A DNA stretch of 46,829 nt, taken from contig JAJRWN010000093.1 of the NCBI GenBank assembly GCA_024276745.1, positions 1 to 46,829 of the forward strand, given 5' to 3'. A model generated the notes under the pieces. That model was not told the DNA's origin. It did not search any database and was given only the letters and a program-made list of their open reading frames with translations. How positions within the stretch are numbered: the first letter of the stretch is position 1; every line of letters begins with the position of its first letter. Source of the DNA: Bacteroidota bacterium (GTDB lineage Bacteria; Bacteroidota; Bacteroidia; Chitinophagales; S012-47). Of this stretch, positions 1-8,398 are shown one piece after another. Position numbers and translations under genes: made by a program.

Positions 1-5
1 TATTG

Positions 6-28
6 CTAAGCTATCCGTACTAGCTTAG
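6..28 (-). terminator. Hairpin overlapping the small-ORF stop (possible terminator)
   Basis: CTAAGCTA-tccgtac-TAGCTTAG perfect 8-bp inverted repeat; any U-tail cannot be judged at the window edge. Confidence 0.35.
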
Positions 29-141
29 TCACTCCTTTGGCCGGGTTCATTATTTTGTTTCTTTTTACCCATAAACAAACCTGCCAGGAATGCGGCTAAT
101 GCGCTGATAATCACAATCAGGAAGAATTTCTTGTTTCTCAT
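25..141 (-). CDS. Small 38-aa single-pass membrane protein (MRNKKFFLIVIISALAAFLAGLFMGKKKQNNEPGQRSD), below the ORF-track cutoff
   Basis: Hand-translated ATG(141) to TAA(25). Basic N-terminus, about 19 hydrophobic residues, then a basic stop-transfer segment. TACCTTTG -7 element at 159-166 upstream and a hairpin over the stop. Confidence 0.65.
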   Translation of the reverse strand: MRNKKFFLIVIISALAAFLAGLFMGKKKQNNEPGQRSD

Positions 142-158
142 AAGTGAACAAGTTTTCT

Positions 159-166
159 CAAAGGTA
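159..166 (-). promoter_or_regulatory. Bacteroidota sigma-A -7 element (TACCTTTG)
   Basis: Exact TAnnTTTG match about 18 nt upstream of the small-ORF ATG. Confidence 0.6.
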
Positions 167-269
167 CACATTTACCTATAGATTTCTTGTTTGAATACCA
201 GGGCTCATACAGCTCAAGCCGGTCCTGAGATGGGTAAAAATATAGTTCTTGGGCAAAGATGTTTTCCTA

Positions 270-1283
270 TTACAATTTCTGAAACTCAAATTGTGGATTG
301 CCTTTATTGCCATTCTGGTCGTAGAAATCGATGAAATGGAGTTTATAATAAAAGCCTTCATGGTCGCGGACAATATAAATTTTATCCGGATTCACGGCAT
401 ACTGGCCTAAATCAAAAGAATATTTTTTCCAATCGTAGCCAATCAGGTTTCTATCATCGGAGAATTGAAATTGATTGATAGCATTAAAATCCAGAGAAGC
501 AAAAGCAATGGAAGAATCGGCTGCTGCTTCTACCTTCCAGGGATTTAGCAACACACCGGTAACAAGATAAGGGATTGTATCGCCACTGACATTGAATATG
601 CGCAGGTATTGGGTAAAGACAATGTCCCAGCTAGTTTTTGGTGGTTCTATTTGTGCGATATCTCCCCCATTTTTAAAACTGAAGAAACTAAAATTATAGC
701 TGGTATCAATAGCCGGAATCTGCATACTGTCTTCGTTGGCATTATCCATATCGGCCCAGTGCAGGGTATAGTTTCCATTTTGATAATTTTCTATCCTGAT
801 TTTTTTAAAACCAATGGGTAATCCGGTGGTTTTTAATCCAAGATTCAGGATAAAAACATGATTAGTCAGCAGCGGTTGAGGGCCACTTAGATCGGCCCAG
901 GCCGATAAGGCTGTTGAATCAAGATTACCATTCTGTGCATCCCACCAAAAATGCATGCCGCTGGTATCTATTGGTGTATAAAAATCAATCGGTCCGGCAT
1001 CGGCAGCAAACATGGCTTTAGATGAATTGAGGATGATATGATGACCGCCATTAATACCATTCTCAAAGCCCAGATCCCAGTCCATTTTAAGGTTCTGACC
1101 TGACACCGATCCATTACTAAAATCGAAATATACCTGATATTTATAGTTTGATTCCATGGAGACATCAGCTTCTTTAATTTCGCCCCTTTGATGGGGTTTC
1201 AATGGAATTTCAGGTTTCAAACAAGAAGAAAATATCGCAGGCAGGATAAGAATAAAAGCATATTTCCGGGCTATGTTTTTCAT
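270..1283 (-). CDS. HmuY-family heme-binding lipoprotein with two tandem HmuY-like domains
   Basis: Lipobox-like FSSC; WDLGF and WDIVFTQY motifs; IGYDWK; C-terminal YIVRDHEGFYYKLHFIDFYDQNGNKGNPQFEFQKL typical of HmuY; directly downstream of a TonB receptor. Confidence 0.85.
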   Translation of the reverse strand: MKNIARKYAFILILPAIFSSCLKPEIPLKPHQRGEIKEADVSMESNYKYQVYFDFSNGSVSGQNLKMDWDLGFENGINGGHHIILNSSKAMFAADAGPIDFYTPIDTSGMHFWWDAQNGNLDSTALSAWADLSGPQPLLTNHVFILNLGLKTTGLPIGFKKIRIENYQNGNYTLHWADMDNANEDSMQIPAIDTSYNFSFFSFKNGGDIAQIEPPKTSWDIVFTQYLRIFNVSGDTIPYLVTGVLLNPWKVEAAADSSIAFASLDFNAINQFQFSDDRNLIGYDWKKYSFDLGQYAVNPDKIYIVRDHEGFYYKLHFIDFYDQNGNKGNPQFEFQKL

Positions 1284-1285
1284 CG

Positions 1286-3517
1286 CTATAGTTGAATTTT
1301 AAGTTTGGCAAAAACGGTTCTTCCCCATGCCATGGGTACCGATCCACCAGCCGATGAATGTGCTCCCCCACTCACCGAAGCTTGTACATCTTTCACATCA
1401 AAGAGGTTTTTTACACCTGTACTCAGTTGTATCCGGTTTAGCCAAAAATTACGTGTGAAGGTGATATCTGCCGATTGAAAAGCGGCAATATAATTTTCGC
1501 GCAACACTTCATTTTCATCGATATAAAAACTCGGAGCTTTGCCGGTATATTTGTAATAAACAGCTACTTTGATTCCTGCCGCTTTTATATTATAAGTCAG
1601 GTCAAATAATAGTTCGGGGGTAGTGCTGACAGCCGGTGCACTGCTCGAATCGGTGATATCATTATAACGGCCAATCATTGCTCCTCCTATTTTTAGTTGC
1701 AAATCTTCGGTAATAAATGAAAAGGAAGCTTCGCCACCAATACTTCTGAAACGCCCGATATTCACATAGCTGTAAAGGCTTCCACCTTGTTGAGCCAGCG
1801 TAATCATATTAAATATATCGTTATAATAGGTGGAGAGTTCTGCCTTGTAAACATGCGTTTCATCTGCTCGTTTATAACTGAAAGCGAGATTGTAATTATT
1901 AGATTTTTCGGCTTGTAAATCCGGATTGCCATGAATATTATGATTGATATCGACAAAAAGGAAATTTAATTCTTTGAGAGAAGGTGCTCTGAAACCTCTG
2001 GCATAGGAAGCTCTTATCGTCAGGTCAGGGTTTATAGCCAGGCGGAGGTTTAAAGAGGGAATCAGCGGTGTACTATAGCCGGTATTATAAGCATATCTCA
2101 AACCCGGCCTGATAGTAAGAAGCTCTGTGGGAATAATTTCCAATGAGCCATAAGCGGCATAATCTCCAATGGCTTGTTTGCCATCTGCAATTCGTTTGCC
2201 TATTGCATATTCCTTGTTTAAGTCAAATCCTATTTCGTAATGAAGCTTGGTCTCGGGATTTGTGTTTATATAGCTGCCTCTGGCCATCAGCAAAGAAAAG
2301 AAGCTGCTATCCTGATCACCCGGATTGGCGGTAAGCACTTCATTCAGGGTAGTCAAATCTTTGAAATAAGTGTTTTTAATTCTGTTATACCGGTTATAAG
2401 CCATCAATAAATTAAACTTTCCATTATCGTTTAGTTTATACTCAATGCCGGCTTGATTATCGAATCGTTGGGTAAAATAGAAATCATCGAAAGCAGTTTC
2501 GTAATATGGTTTTCTGCGCCACCCACGATTGGTAATTAATTCTTTAAAATAGCGACTACTAAACAAAATATTAAGCTTTTCGCTCGTGAATGTATAATCC
2601 AGATTTCCGAAATATTGTTCTTTCGGTTTCCAGTCTTTATGCCTGGAAGTATCGACCAGTGACCAACCATCAAAAAAATTACGACCACCCGCGAGAGATA
2701 TTCTGTTTTGTTTATGCTGATAAGCGGTACCGGCATCAAAATTATATTGTCCGGCCGATTCATAATAACTATTAGCATAGGACGACCAGGTATTTTGCTG
2801 ACTTTTTTTAGTAATTAAATTAATGGTTCCTGCCAGGGCATTTGTTCCATAGTTTACACTCAAAGGGCCTTTTATAATTTCAACTCTCTCTATGTTATTT
2901 AGGTTAATCTGACTGATATCAATATTCCCATTAAGTCTTCCGATAAGCGGAACACCATCAATAAGAATTTTAACATTTTGCCCACTGACTCCTTCAATGC
3001 TTAATGAAGAACCAAGCAGGTTATCCTGAGATAAACGGATATTACTTTGATTATTTAGCAAATCTTTGAGTGTAGTGGCAGCACGAAGGTCAATTTCATC
3101 CCGGCCAATAATTTCTACCCGATGAACCGATTTTTCAGGGCTATCGGGATTATACTGGGCGGTGATTACCACATCAGCAATTTTATAGGCCTTTTCATGA
3201 AGTTTATAGGTTTTATGTTCATCCGCTTTCAATTTATCGTCAACACTTTCGAAACCGGTATAACTGATATGAACAGCAACCTTACCGGTGAAAGGTGCAA
3301 CAGCAACACCATTTTCACCGGTAAGGACTGTTTCTTGTGAAAAACCGGGATGATCCAGGCTTGTAAAAGTAACATGAGCATAAGCCAGGGGATAAGCATC
3401 CTCAGCCGATATTACCCTTACTTCGCTTTCGGCAAATAATACGCTCTTGGATAAAAAGAACAACAAGCATAAACCGAACTGAATCTTTTTCAATAAAACC
3501 TGATTAATAAAAGTCAT
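1286..3517 (-). CDS. TonB-dependent receptor, HmuR-like heme/iron receptor
   Basis: Plug motifs (ILIDGVP, IERVEIIKGP, YGTNALAGTINLIT); FRAP (GFRAPSLKEL) and NPDL motifs with His residues between them (HNIH); C-terminal barrel strand. Confidence 0.9.
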   Translation of the reverse strand: MTFINQVLLKKIQFGLCLLFFLSKSVLFAESEVRVISAEDAYPLAYAHVTFTSLDHPGFSQETVLTGENGVAVAPFTGKVAVHISYTGFESVDDKLKADEHKTYKLHEKAYKIADVVITAQYNPDSPEKSVHRVEIIGRDEIDLRAATTLKDLLNNQSNIRLSQDNLLGSSLSIEGVSGQNVKILIDGVPLIGRLNGNIDISQINLNNIERVEIIKGPLSVNYGTNALAGTINLITKKSQQNTWSSYANSYYESAGQYNFDAGTAYQHKQNRISLAGGRNFFDGWSLVDTSRHKDWKPKEQYFGNLDYTFTSEKLNILFSSRYFKELITNRGWRRKPYYETAFDDFYFTQRFDNQAGIEYKLNDNGKFNLLMAYNRYNRIKNTYFKDLTTLNEVLTANPGDQDSSFFSLLMARGSYINTNPETKLHYEIGFDLNKEYAIGKRIADGKQAIGDYAAYGSLEIIPTELLTIRPGLRYAYNTGYSTPLIPSLNLRLAINPDLTIRASYARGFRAPSLKELNFLFVDINHNIHGNPDLQAEKSNNYNLAFSYKRADETHVYKAELSTYYNDIFNMITLAQQGGSLYSYVNIGRFRSIGGEASFSFITEDLQLKIGGAMIGRYNDITDSSSAPAVSTTPELLFDLTYNIKAAGIKVAVYYKYTGKAPSFYIDENEVLRENYIAAFQSADITFTRNFWLNRIQLSTGVKNLFDVKDVQASVSGGAHSSAGGSVPMAWGRTVFAKLKIQL

Positions 3518-3532
3518 GATTATTCAAATGCT

Positions 3533-4783
3533 TTAGTTCAGCAGAATCTTTTTAGTGATGACTTGTTTTCCTGCTTTGATTTGCAAAAAGTATATGCCTG
3601 CTGCATAGTTATTTCTTTGAAACGGAATAACATTCATACCTTTTGTAAGGTCAAACTGATTTTGATACATGATTCTCCCATCCATAGCAATCAGCTGCAT
3701 ACTTGCAGATTGAGCTTGTGAAAGCATCAACATAATAGTGGCATTCTGATTTACCGGATTAGGATACACATCCAGGGCATTGATATTTTGGTTAAAGGAA
3801 TTAATTCCGGTAGGGTTGACCACTGTAACATCAAAATCAAAATCACCACTGCTCGAACCGCTGAAGCTCGTAAATTCAATCCGGTAAATCACGCTATCGC
3901 GACCAAGCACCCAATATACAAGTGAATCTTCAATTTCATATTGAAAGGTTTGCATATTAAAGGTTTTCCAATCGTAGCCAATGGTAGCAATATCGGTTTG
4001 CATCGGATAATCGGAATAATTTACTGTGTTCACATCCACACCGGAAGCTTCGGCAACACTTACTTCAAAATTGGCTAATACTCCGGTAACAGGATAATAA
4101 ACTCCCGGAGCAACTTCGGCCGAGTATTTTGTAAATGTTAAATCCCAGTCATCAGCCGGTGGTTCAGGATCAACAACCTGCATATTGCGCAAGTCATAAT
4201 AGAAAAAACTTTTTCCTGCATAATCAGATTTTATCAATTGGAAAGTAGTATCGTTGCTTCCGTTAAGATTGGCCATGCGGATGGTATAGGTGTTGCCAAC
4301 AAGTAAACTTTTAATCCAGATTTTCTTATAAGTGCCATCAACAAGTTTAATCACAAATATTTTCTTACCGAAAAGATTACCTCCCCCGGTATAGTAGCCC
4401 CAACCATAATCAGGATGTCCGGTATTGCCATAATTAAAAGCAGATTCTTCCCAGGTGGTATCCCGGTCATAAATAGCCATCATACCCGAAGTATCAATAC
4501 TGTTCCAAGCAAGGGTATCAGCATTCAGAAGATCGAATAATTGAGCTCCTGCTCCTGAGTTTACCCGGATAGAAGCCGAAAAAGCATTGTCAGAGATTTG
4601 GATATCCCAACTATCTCGTGACTGGAATGTACTCACATTATTTTTCAGGCTATACCATACCTGATTAGCATATCCACTGCCCATCGAAACAGTAACGCTT
4701 GTTTGGGATTTTACCTGGCTCCCTGCCAATAAGAATAAACAAGTGTAAATTATTTTTTTCATTAGCTTATGTTTTAAATTCAT
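3533..4783 (-). CDS. T9SS type-A sorting-domain protein with tandem HmuY-like domains (candidate secreted hemophore); alternative start at 4762
   Basis: SPI signal ending before Gln; WDIQI, WDLTFTKY and IGYDWK motifs shared with the 270..1283 protein; CTD VYPNP...GIYFLQI...TKKILLN. Confidence 0.8.
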   Translation of the reverse strand: MNLKHKLMKKIIYTCLFLLAGSQVKSQTSVTVSMGSGYANQVWYSLKNNVSTFQSRDSWDIQISDNAFSASIRVNSGAGAQLFDLLNADTLAWNSIDTSGMMAIYDRDTTWEESAFNYGNTGHPDYGWGYYTGGGNLFGKKIFVIKLVDGTYKKIWIKSLLVGNTYTIRMANLNGSNDTTFQLIKSDYAGKSFFYYDLRNMQVVDPEPPADDWDLTFTKYSAEVAPGVYYPVTGVLANFEVSVAEASGVDVNTVNYSDYPMQTDIATIGYDWKTFNMQTFQYEIEDSLVYWVLGRDSVIYRIEFTSFSGSSSGDFDFDVTVVNPTGINSFNQNINALDVYPNPVNQNATIMLMLSQAQSASMQLIAMDGRIMYQNQFDLTKGMNVIPFQRNNYAAGIYFLQIKAGKQVITKKILLN

Positions 4784-4799
4784 TTAATTATTGTGTGGG

Positions 4800-4829
4800 C
4801 AAAGTTACAGGTGTATTATACCGGTCAAA
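4800..4829 (-). promoter_or_regulatory. Promoter of the hmuY-like operon (-7 TAACTTTG; candidate -33 TTTG)
   Basis: Plus-strand CAAAGTTA at 4800-4807 and CAAA at 4826-4829. Confidence 0.6.
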
Positions 4830-4950
4830 TACCCGCAAAAGGATAATAAATACCCAATGAGGGATACACCTATGGTGATTATTATCACCTCTGCAGTTAA
4901 CAGATATCATTATATTTATACTGTTTTTCAAGTCCTTATAAGCATATAAT

Positions 4951-5940
4951 ATGACAAACAGAAAAATAGACCTGGAAACAGGTCTGATAAAAAGTACCTT
5001 AATCGGGATAAAACATAATTTAGCAATAGCTTTTGATACAAAGCCTGCAGAAGCCGGAAAACTTCTGCAAAGTAATTTGATAGATGAAAACCTTGGCTTA
5101 TTGAATATCGGCCCTACTGAAAAGGCTATCAATGCTTTAGATTTAATAATACATCCTCAATTAGTAATATTACTTTTTACTTTACAAGGAAAAGTCAAAA
5201 TTCAGTTTCACGGAATAGATGCACCTGTTTTTTTGGAAAGGGGGAACAGTATTTTTATTTCTCATCCATACGCACCACTCAATGCCAAAATGAATATTAG
5301 TTGTCAAACTGAGGCAATAGTATTATTGACAACTATCGAACGAATGCACCATTTCTTTAATGCAAATCTTGACATGAGCACGATAACCCGGGAAGAACTA
5401 AGCCGGTATTACGATCCTAAAAAATTGTATATGTTAAAATCTATTCCGGGAAGTCTTAGTATTCCATTACACCAGATAATACAATATAATCTTGATGTTC
5501 ATTTTAAAAAAATGTATTTAAACGGAAAGATTCTGGAAATTTTTTCAATCTATTTTAGTCATGCCGCCATGGATGATGAAGCCGAATTAGACTGTCCTTT
5601 TCTGGATAATCCTGATGATATAAAATGCATCCGGAAAGCAAAGCAAATTTTATTGGATAATATGACTGATCCTCCAACTATAGCACAATTGGCAAAACAA
5701 TCAGGTATTAATGAATTTAAACTTAAAAACGGATTCAAAGACATTTATGGCAACACAATTTACGCTTATCTGAACGAGCACAGAATGCAACAAGCAATAT
5801 TAATGCTTGAACAAAAAAATCACACTATAAATGATATTGCATATTCTATCGGTTATTCAAAACCAAGTAATTTTATTGCTTCTTTTAAGAAGAAATATGG
5901 TATTACCCCAAAAAAGTATGAACTTGAACTGCGAGATTAG
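4951..5940 (+). CDS. AraC-family transcriptional regulator (PchR-like), divergent from the hmuY-like operon
   Basis: C-terminal double HTH: PPTIAQLAKQSGINEFKLKNGFKDIYG...INDIAYSIGYSKPSNFIASFKKKYGITPK. Confidence 0.93.
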   Translation: MTNRKIDLETGLIKSTLIGIKHNLAIAFDTKPAEAGKLLQSNLIDENLGLLNIGPTEKAINALDLIIHPQLVILLFTLQGKVKIQFHGIDAPVFLERGNSIFISHPYAPLNAKMNISCQTEAIVLLTTIERMHHFFNANLDMSTITREELSRYYDPKKLYMLKSIPGSLSIPLHQIIQYNLDVHFKKMYLNGKILEIFSIYFSHAAMDDEAELDCPFLDNPDDIKCIRKAKQILLDNMTDPPTIAQLAKQSGINEFKLKNGFKDIYGNTIYAYLNEHRMQQAILMLEQKNHTINDIAYSIGYSKPSNFIASFKKKYGITPKKYELELRD

Positions 5941-5984
5941 TATAATTGAACGCATAAAAAATTGGTAGTCTGCTCCCGGGCATT

Positions 5985-5992
5985 TATTTTTG
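5985..5992 (+). promoter_or_regulatory. -7 element (TATTTTTG) upstream of the pseudo-tRNA/tRNA-Val unit
   Basis: TAnnTTTG match about 30 nt before the degenerate tRNA copy; the AT-rich context makes chance matches possible. Confidence 0.45.
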
Positions 5993-6022
5993 TCCTGCTT
6001 TTTAATTAGCTATTAATAATAA

Positions 6023-6076
6023 GGGTGCTTAGCGCTTTGGTGTAGAGCATCCCGATTACATCGGGAGGGTCGTAGG
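6023..6076 (+). pseudogene. Degenerate truncated tRNA-Val copy with the anticodon arm replaced by TCCCGAT-TAC-ATCGGGA
   Basis: Shares GGGTGCTTAGC, TAGAGCAT, TAC and GGGTCGTAGG with the intact tRNA 80 nt downstream; lacks the T-loop and 3' acceptor strand. Confidence 0.85.
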
Positions 6077-6102
6077 GGCTATTTGATATTTGACTTATTT
6101 TA

Positions 6103-6180
6103 GGGTGCTTAGCTCAGTTGGTTTAGAGCATCTGCCTTACAAGCAGGGGGTCGTAGGTTCGAATCCTACAGTGCCCACCA
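6103..6180 (+). tRNA. tRNA-Val(TAC)
   Basis: Acceptor GGGTGCT/AGTGCCC, anticodon arm TCTGC-CT TAC AA-GCAGG, GTTCGAATC T-loop, encoded CCA. Confidence 0.97.
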
Positions 6181-6188
6181 CTTATAAT

Positions 6189-6214
6189 AAAAACCTCGCT
6201 TTTGCGAGGTTTTT
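6189..6214 (+). terminator. Intrinsic terminator after tRNA-Val (potentially bidirectional)
   Basis: AAAAACCTCGC-TTTT-GCGAGGTTTTT. Confidence 0.85.
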
Positions 6215-6445
6215 CTCGTTATGGCTTTTGGGTAGTATAAAGTATTAAAATCACAATATTCAAATTAACTCAATATTCAAAGAATGGGCCGTGTATTTGA
6301 CAAAATGCTTTAGATTTTGCGAATGTAAAATTTTGAGATTAGCGTTTTCTTTTGGAATAATCCGGACCTTAGAATTTCCGCTTTTATATTTGTTCCTTAA
6401 GTCATTAAGGAATGCACCGGGTTTTACCATTGAAAAAAATGGAGC

Positions 6446-7012
6446 TCAACAAAGTGTCAATGTATTGGTATCAGTATGTTCAAACACTTTGCCGTAAATA
6501 TCAAGCATTGTCGTTTCAGCATAAAATAATCGACCATTCCCTACTTCAACTTGATGCTTAAAAGAATTTGTTCGTGCTTTTTGCTGCATAAACGGAGATT
6601 GAAGGATACCCCAGCTCTGATTATCAATACTTGCAGATACTTTAATAATTAACTGACCTTCGGTATTTTTCTGCTCCCGGTAGTTTGCTCCCGCAAGCAC
6701 ACAAACGGCACGAGGGATAACAATACTTTGCATAATGATACTTTCTTTCGCATCCCAAAGCCAATAGCCCGTTTGATCATGAAAGATTTGTTGATCAGAT
6801 TTTCGTTGTACAATTTGCCGGTAATGTACTACCGACAATATTTGAGATTCAGCATTGGTAACATCACCGGCTGCGGTAAATGTGATGGTTTCGAAATAAG
6901 GATTTTCTTCAGAACCATCAGGTTCCGGAGCTACATCAAGTCCTTTATCTCCTGTCCAGGTACCAATTAGCGAAGCCAAGGGACCGTAATCAATTTTTGT
7001 TTGTTCTTGCAT
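6446..7012 (-). CDS. Nitrobindin/THAP4-like (DUF1794, FABP-like) heme-binding beta-barrel protein
   Basis: N-terminal GPLASLIGTWTG, YFETITF, HDQTGYWLW and C-terminal FEHTDTNTL. Confidence 0.8.
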   Translation of the reverse strand: MQEQTKIDYGPLASLIGTWTGDKGLDVAPEPDGSEENPYFETITFTAAGDVTNAESQILSVVHYRQIVQRKSDQQIFHDQTGYWLWDAKESIIMQSIVIPRAVCVLAGANYREQKNTEGQLIIKVSASIDNQSWGILQSPFMQQKARTNSFKHQVEVGNGRLFYAETTMLDIYGKVFEHTDTNTLTLC

Positions 7013-7177
7013 ATGCTTTTTACTAGATTTTATAAAATCCTAAAATACAAAAACAGGATGATTTTAATCACTGAAAATATTCCGCTATGCAAGCAGAAGT
7101 GAATCACTTAAACCGGCTTGGCGGAAGGAAGAAAAAAAATACCCGCAACTATCGAGTCATTACCTTCAAAGCTTCGT

Positions 7178-8302
7178 TTAGCGGTAAGTTCTGAAAAAAA
7201 AGAATCGGTCATTTAGGAGCAGGTTTACCCCATACGTGAAATCCAATCGCTGAGAAGGAATATCGAAATAGGCTTCGAAATAAATTTTAGCCTTGAGATA
7301 TGAGCTTAAATGTTTTAAAAGTTCGATTCGTCCGGTAATCAATTTCCGGTTGGGAATAGTAAAGGATGAATCAAGTTCAGAAATACTTTCTAATAAAAAT
7401 TCACCGTAAGGTGCAATAAACTGATGCCCTTGCTGATAAGCAATTTTCAGATTAATCCACTGAGCAGAAGCATTTACTCCCGCATACCACGCATAGCCTT
7501 TTTCAAAAGGCAATGCATTGTTTTGGCCAGGAGGAGGCATGGATAGCGCTTGATATATCAGATATTGACCATCTACACCAATATCAAATGCTTTTGAAGG
7601 ATTTGGTTTAAATGAAAACCCCAGGCCTGTCATACCATTAAACACGGTCAGTACTCCATCAGGTGAACGATCAATTTGTCCTCCTTTATGGGTAATAAGC
7701 AATTGCAATGGAATATGAATCGAACTGTGTTTCCCTAAATCATGTTCCCACCGGCTGCTGCTTCCGGCAATAATTTCTTCTTGAAAAGGATCTCCTTTTT
7801 GAATAAACCTTCTCCACTCCAACCAATTATCTGATCGAAAATGAGCTATATCCAATTCGCTTTGCAAGCCATATTCTACCGGATGCTGATAAAACCAATC
7901 TCTGCGATACAATGATTCTGATAAATCATGGAGTTTATCATTATTCAAATGCCCCATGCGCAGAAGAAATCCCGGTTTTGCTTCATACGTAATCGAAAAT
8001 AAAGGCAAGAATTCGCTAATACCTTTGCTACCATCATACATCAGCAGATGAAAACCTGCATCAATCGTAGTTTTTGGATCAGGTTTATATTCAATTTGAG
8101 GTTGTATAAAAAATCCAATACCTGTCCATCCTTCTGATAAGGGTGAGAAATATTCATTGTTTTTTAGAAAATTATTAGCTTTTACTAGCAAATAAACAGG
8201 TCTTTTTAGTGTATCTTCATTCAGCTTGGAAGCATAAAACTCCTGTGCATAAACAGATAAGCTGCATATACAAAACACCAACAGTATTTTTATACCTTTC
8301 AT
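7178..8302 (-). CDS. Conserved hypothetical outer-membrane beta-barrel protein (start probably MKGIK at 8302)
   Basis: SPI signal (SLSVYA-Q), amphipathic aromatic-rich strands, NNEYF and HKGGQID segments seen in Bacteroidota hypotheticals. Confidence 0.6.
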   Translation of the reverse strand: MKGIKILLVFCICSLSVYAQEFYASKLNEDTLKRPVYLLVKANNFLKNNEYFSPLSEGWTGIGFFIQPQIEYKPDPKTTIDAGFHLLMYDGSKGISEFLPLFSITYEAKPGFLLRMGHLNNDKLHDLSESLYRRDWFYQHPVEYGLQSELDIAHFRSDNWLEWRRFIQKGDPFQEEIIAGSSSRWEHDLGKHSSIHIPLQLLITHKGGQIDRSPDGVLTVFNGMTGLGFSFKPNPSKAFDIGVDGQYLIYQALSMPPPGQNNALPFEKGYAWYAGVNASAQWINLKIAYQQGHQFIAPYGEFLLESISELDSSFTIPNRKLITGRIELLKHLSSYLKAKIYFEAYFDIPSQRLDFTYGVNLLLNDRFFFFRTYR

Positions 8303-8398
8303 AATCTCTGTTCGCAAAAATACTAATAGCATTCATTAATTAATTGTTGAGCAATGATTGACGGGGCTGTATTATATTTGCATACAAATAAAAGTTGT

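Noticed and set aside
6075-6082. GGGGCTAT at the end of the Val twin equals the tRNA-Ala 5' end
   Set aside because: Only 8 nt, partly overlapping Val-derived sequence; cannot be told from chance.
6260-6430. 56-aa minus-strand ORF (MVKPGAFLND...) just downstream of the nitrobindin-like gene
   Set aside because: The frame is open but has no recognisable motif, and it is short enough to arise by chance.
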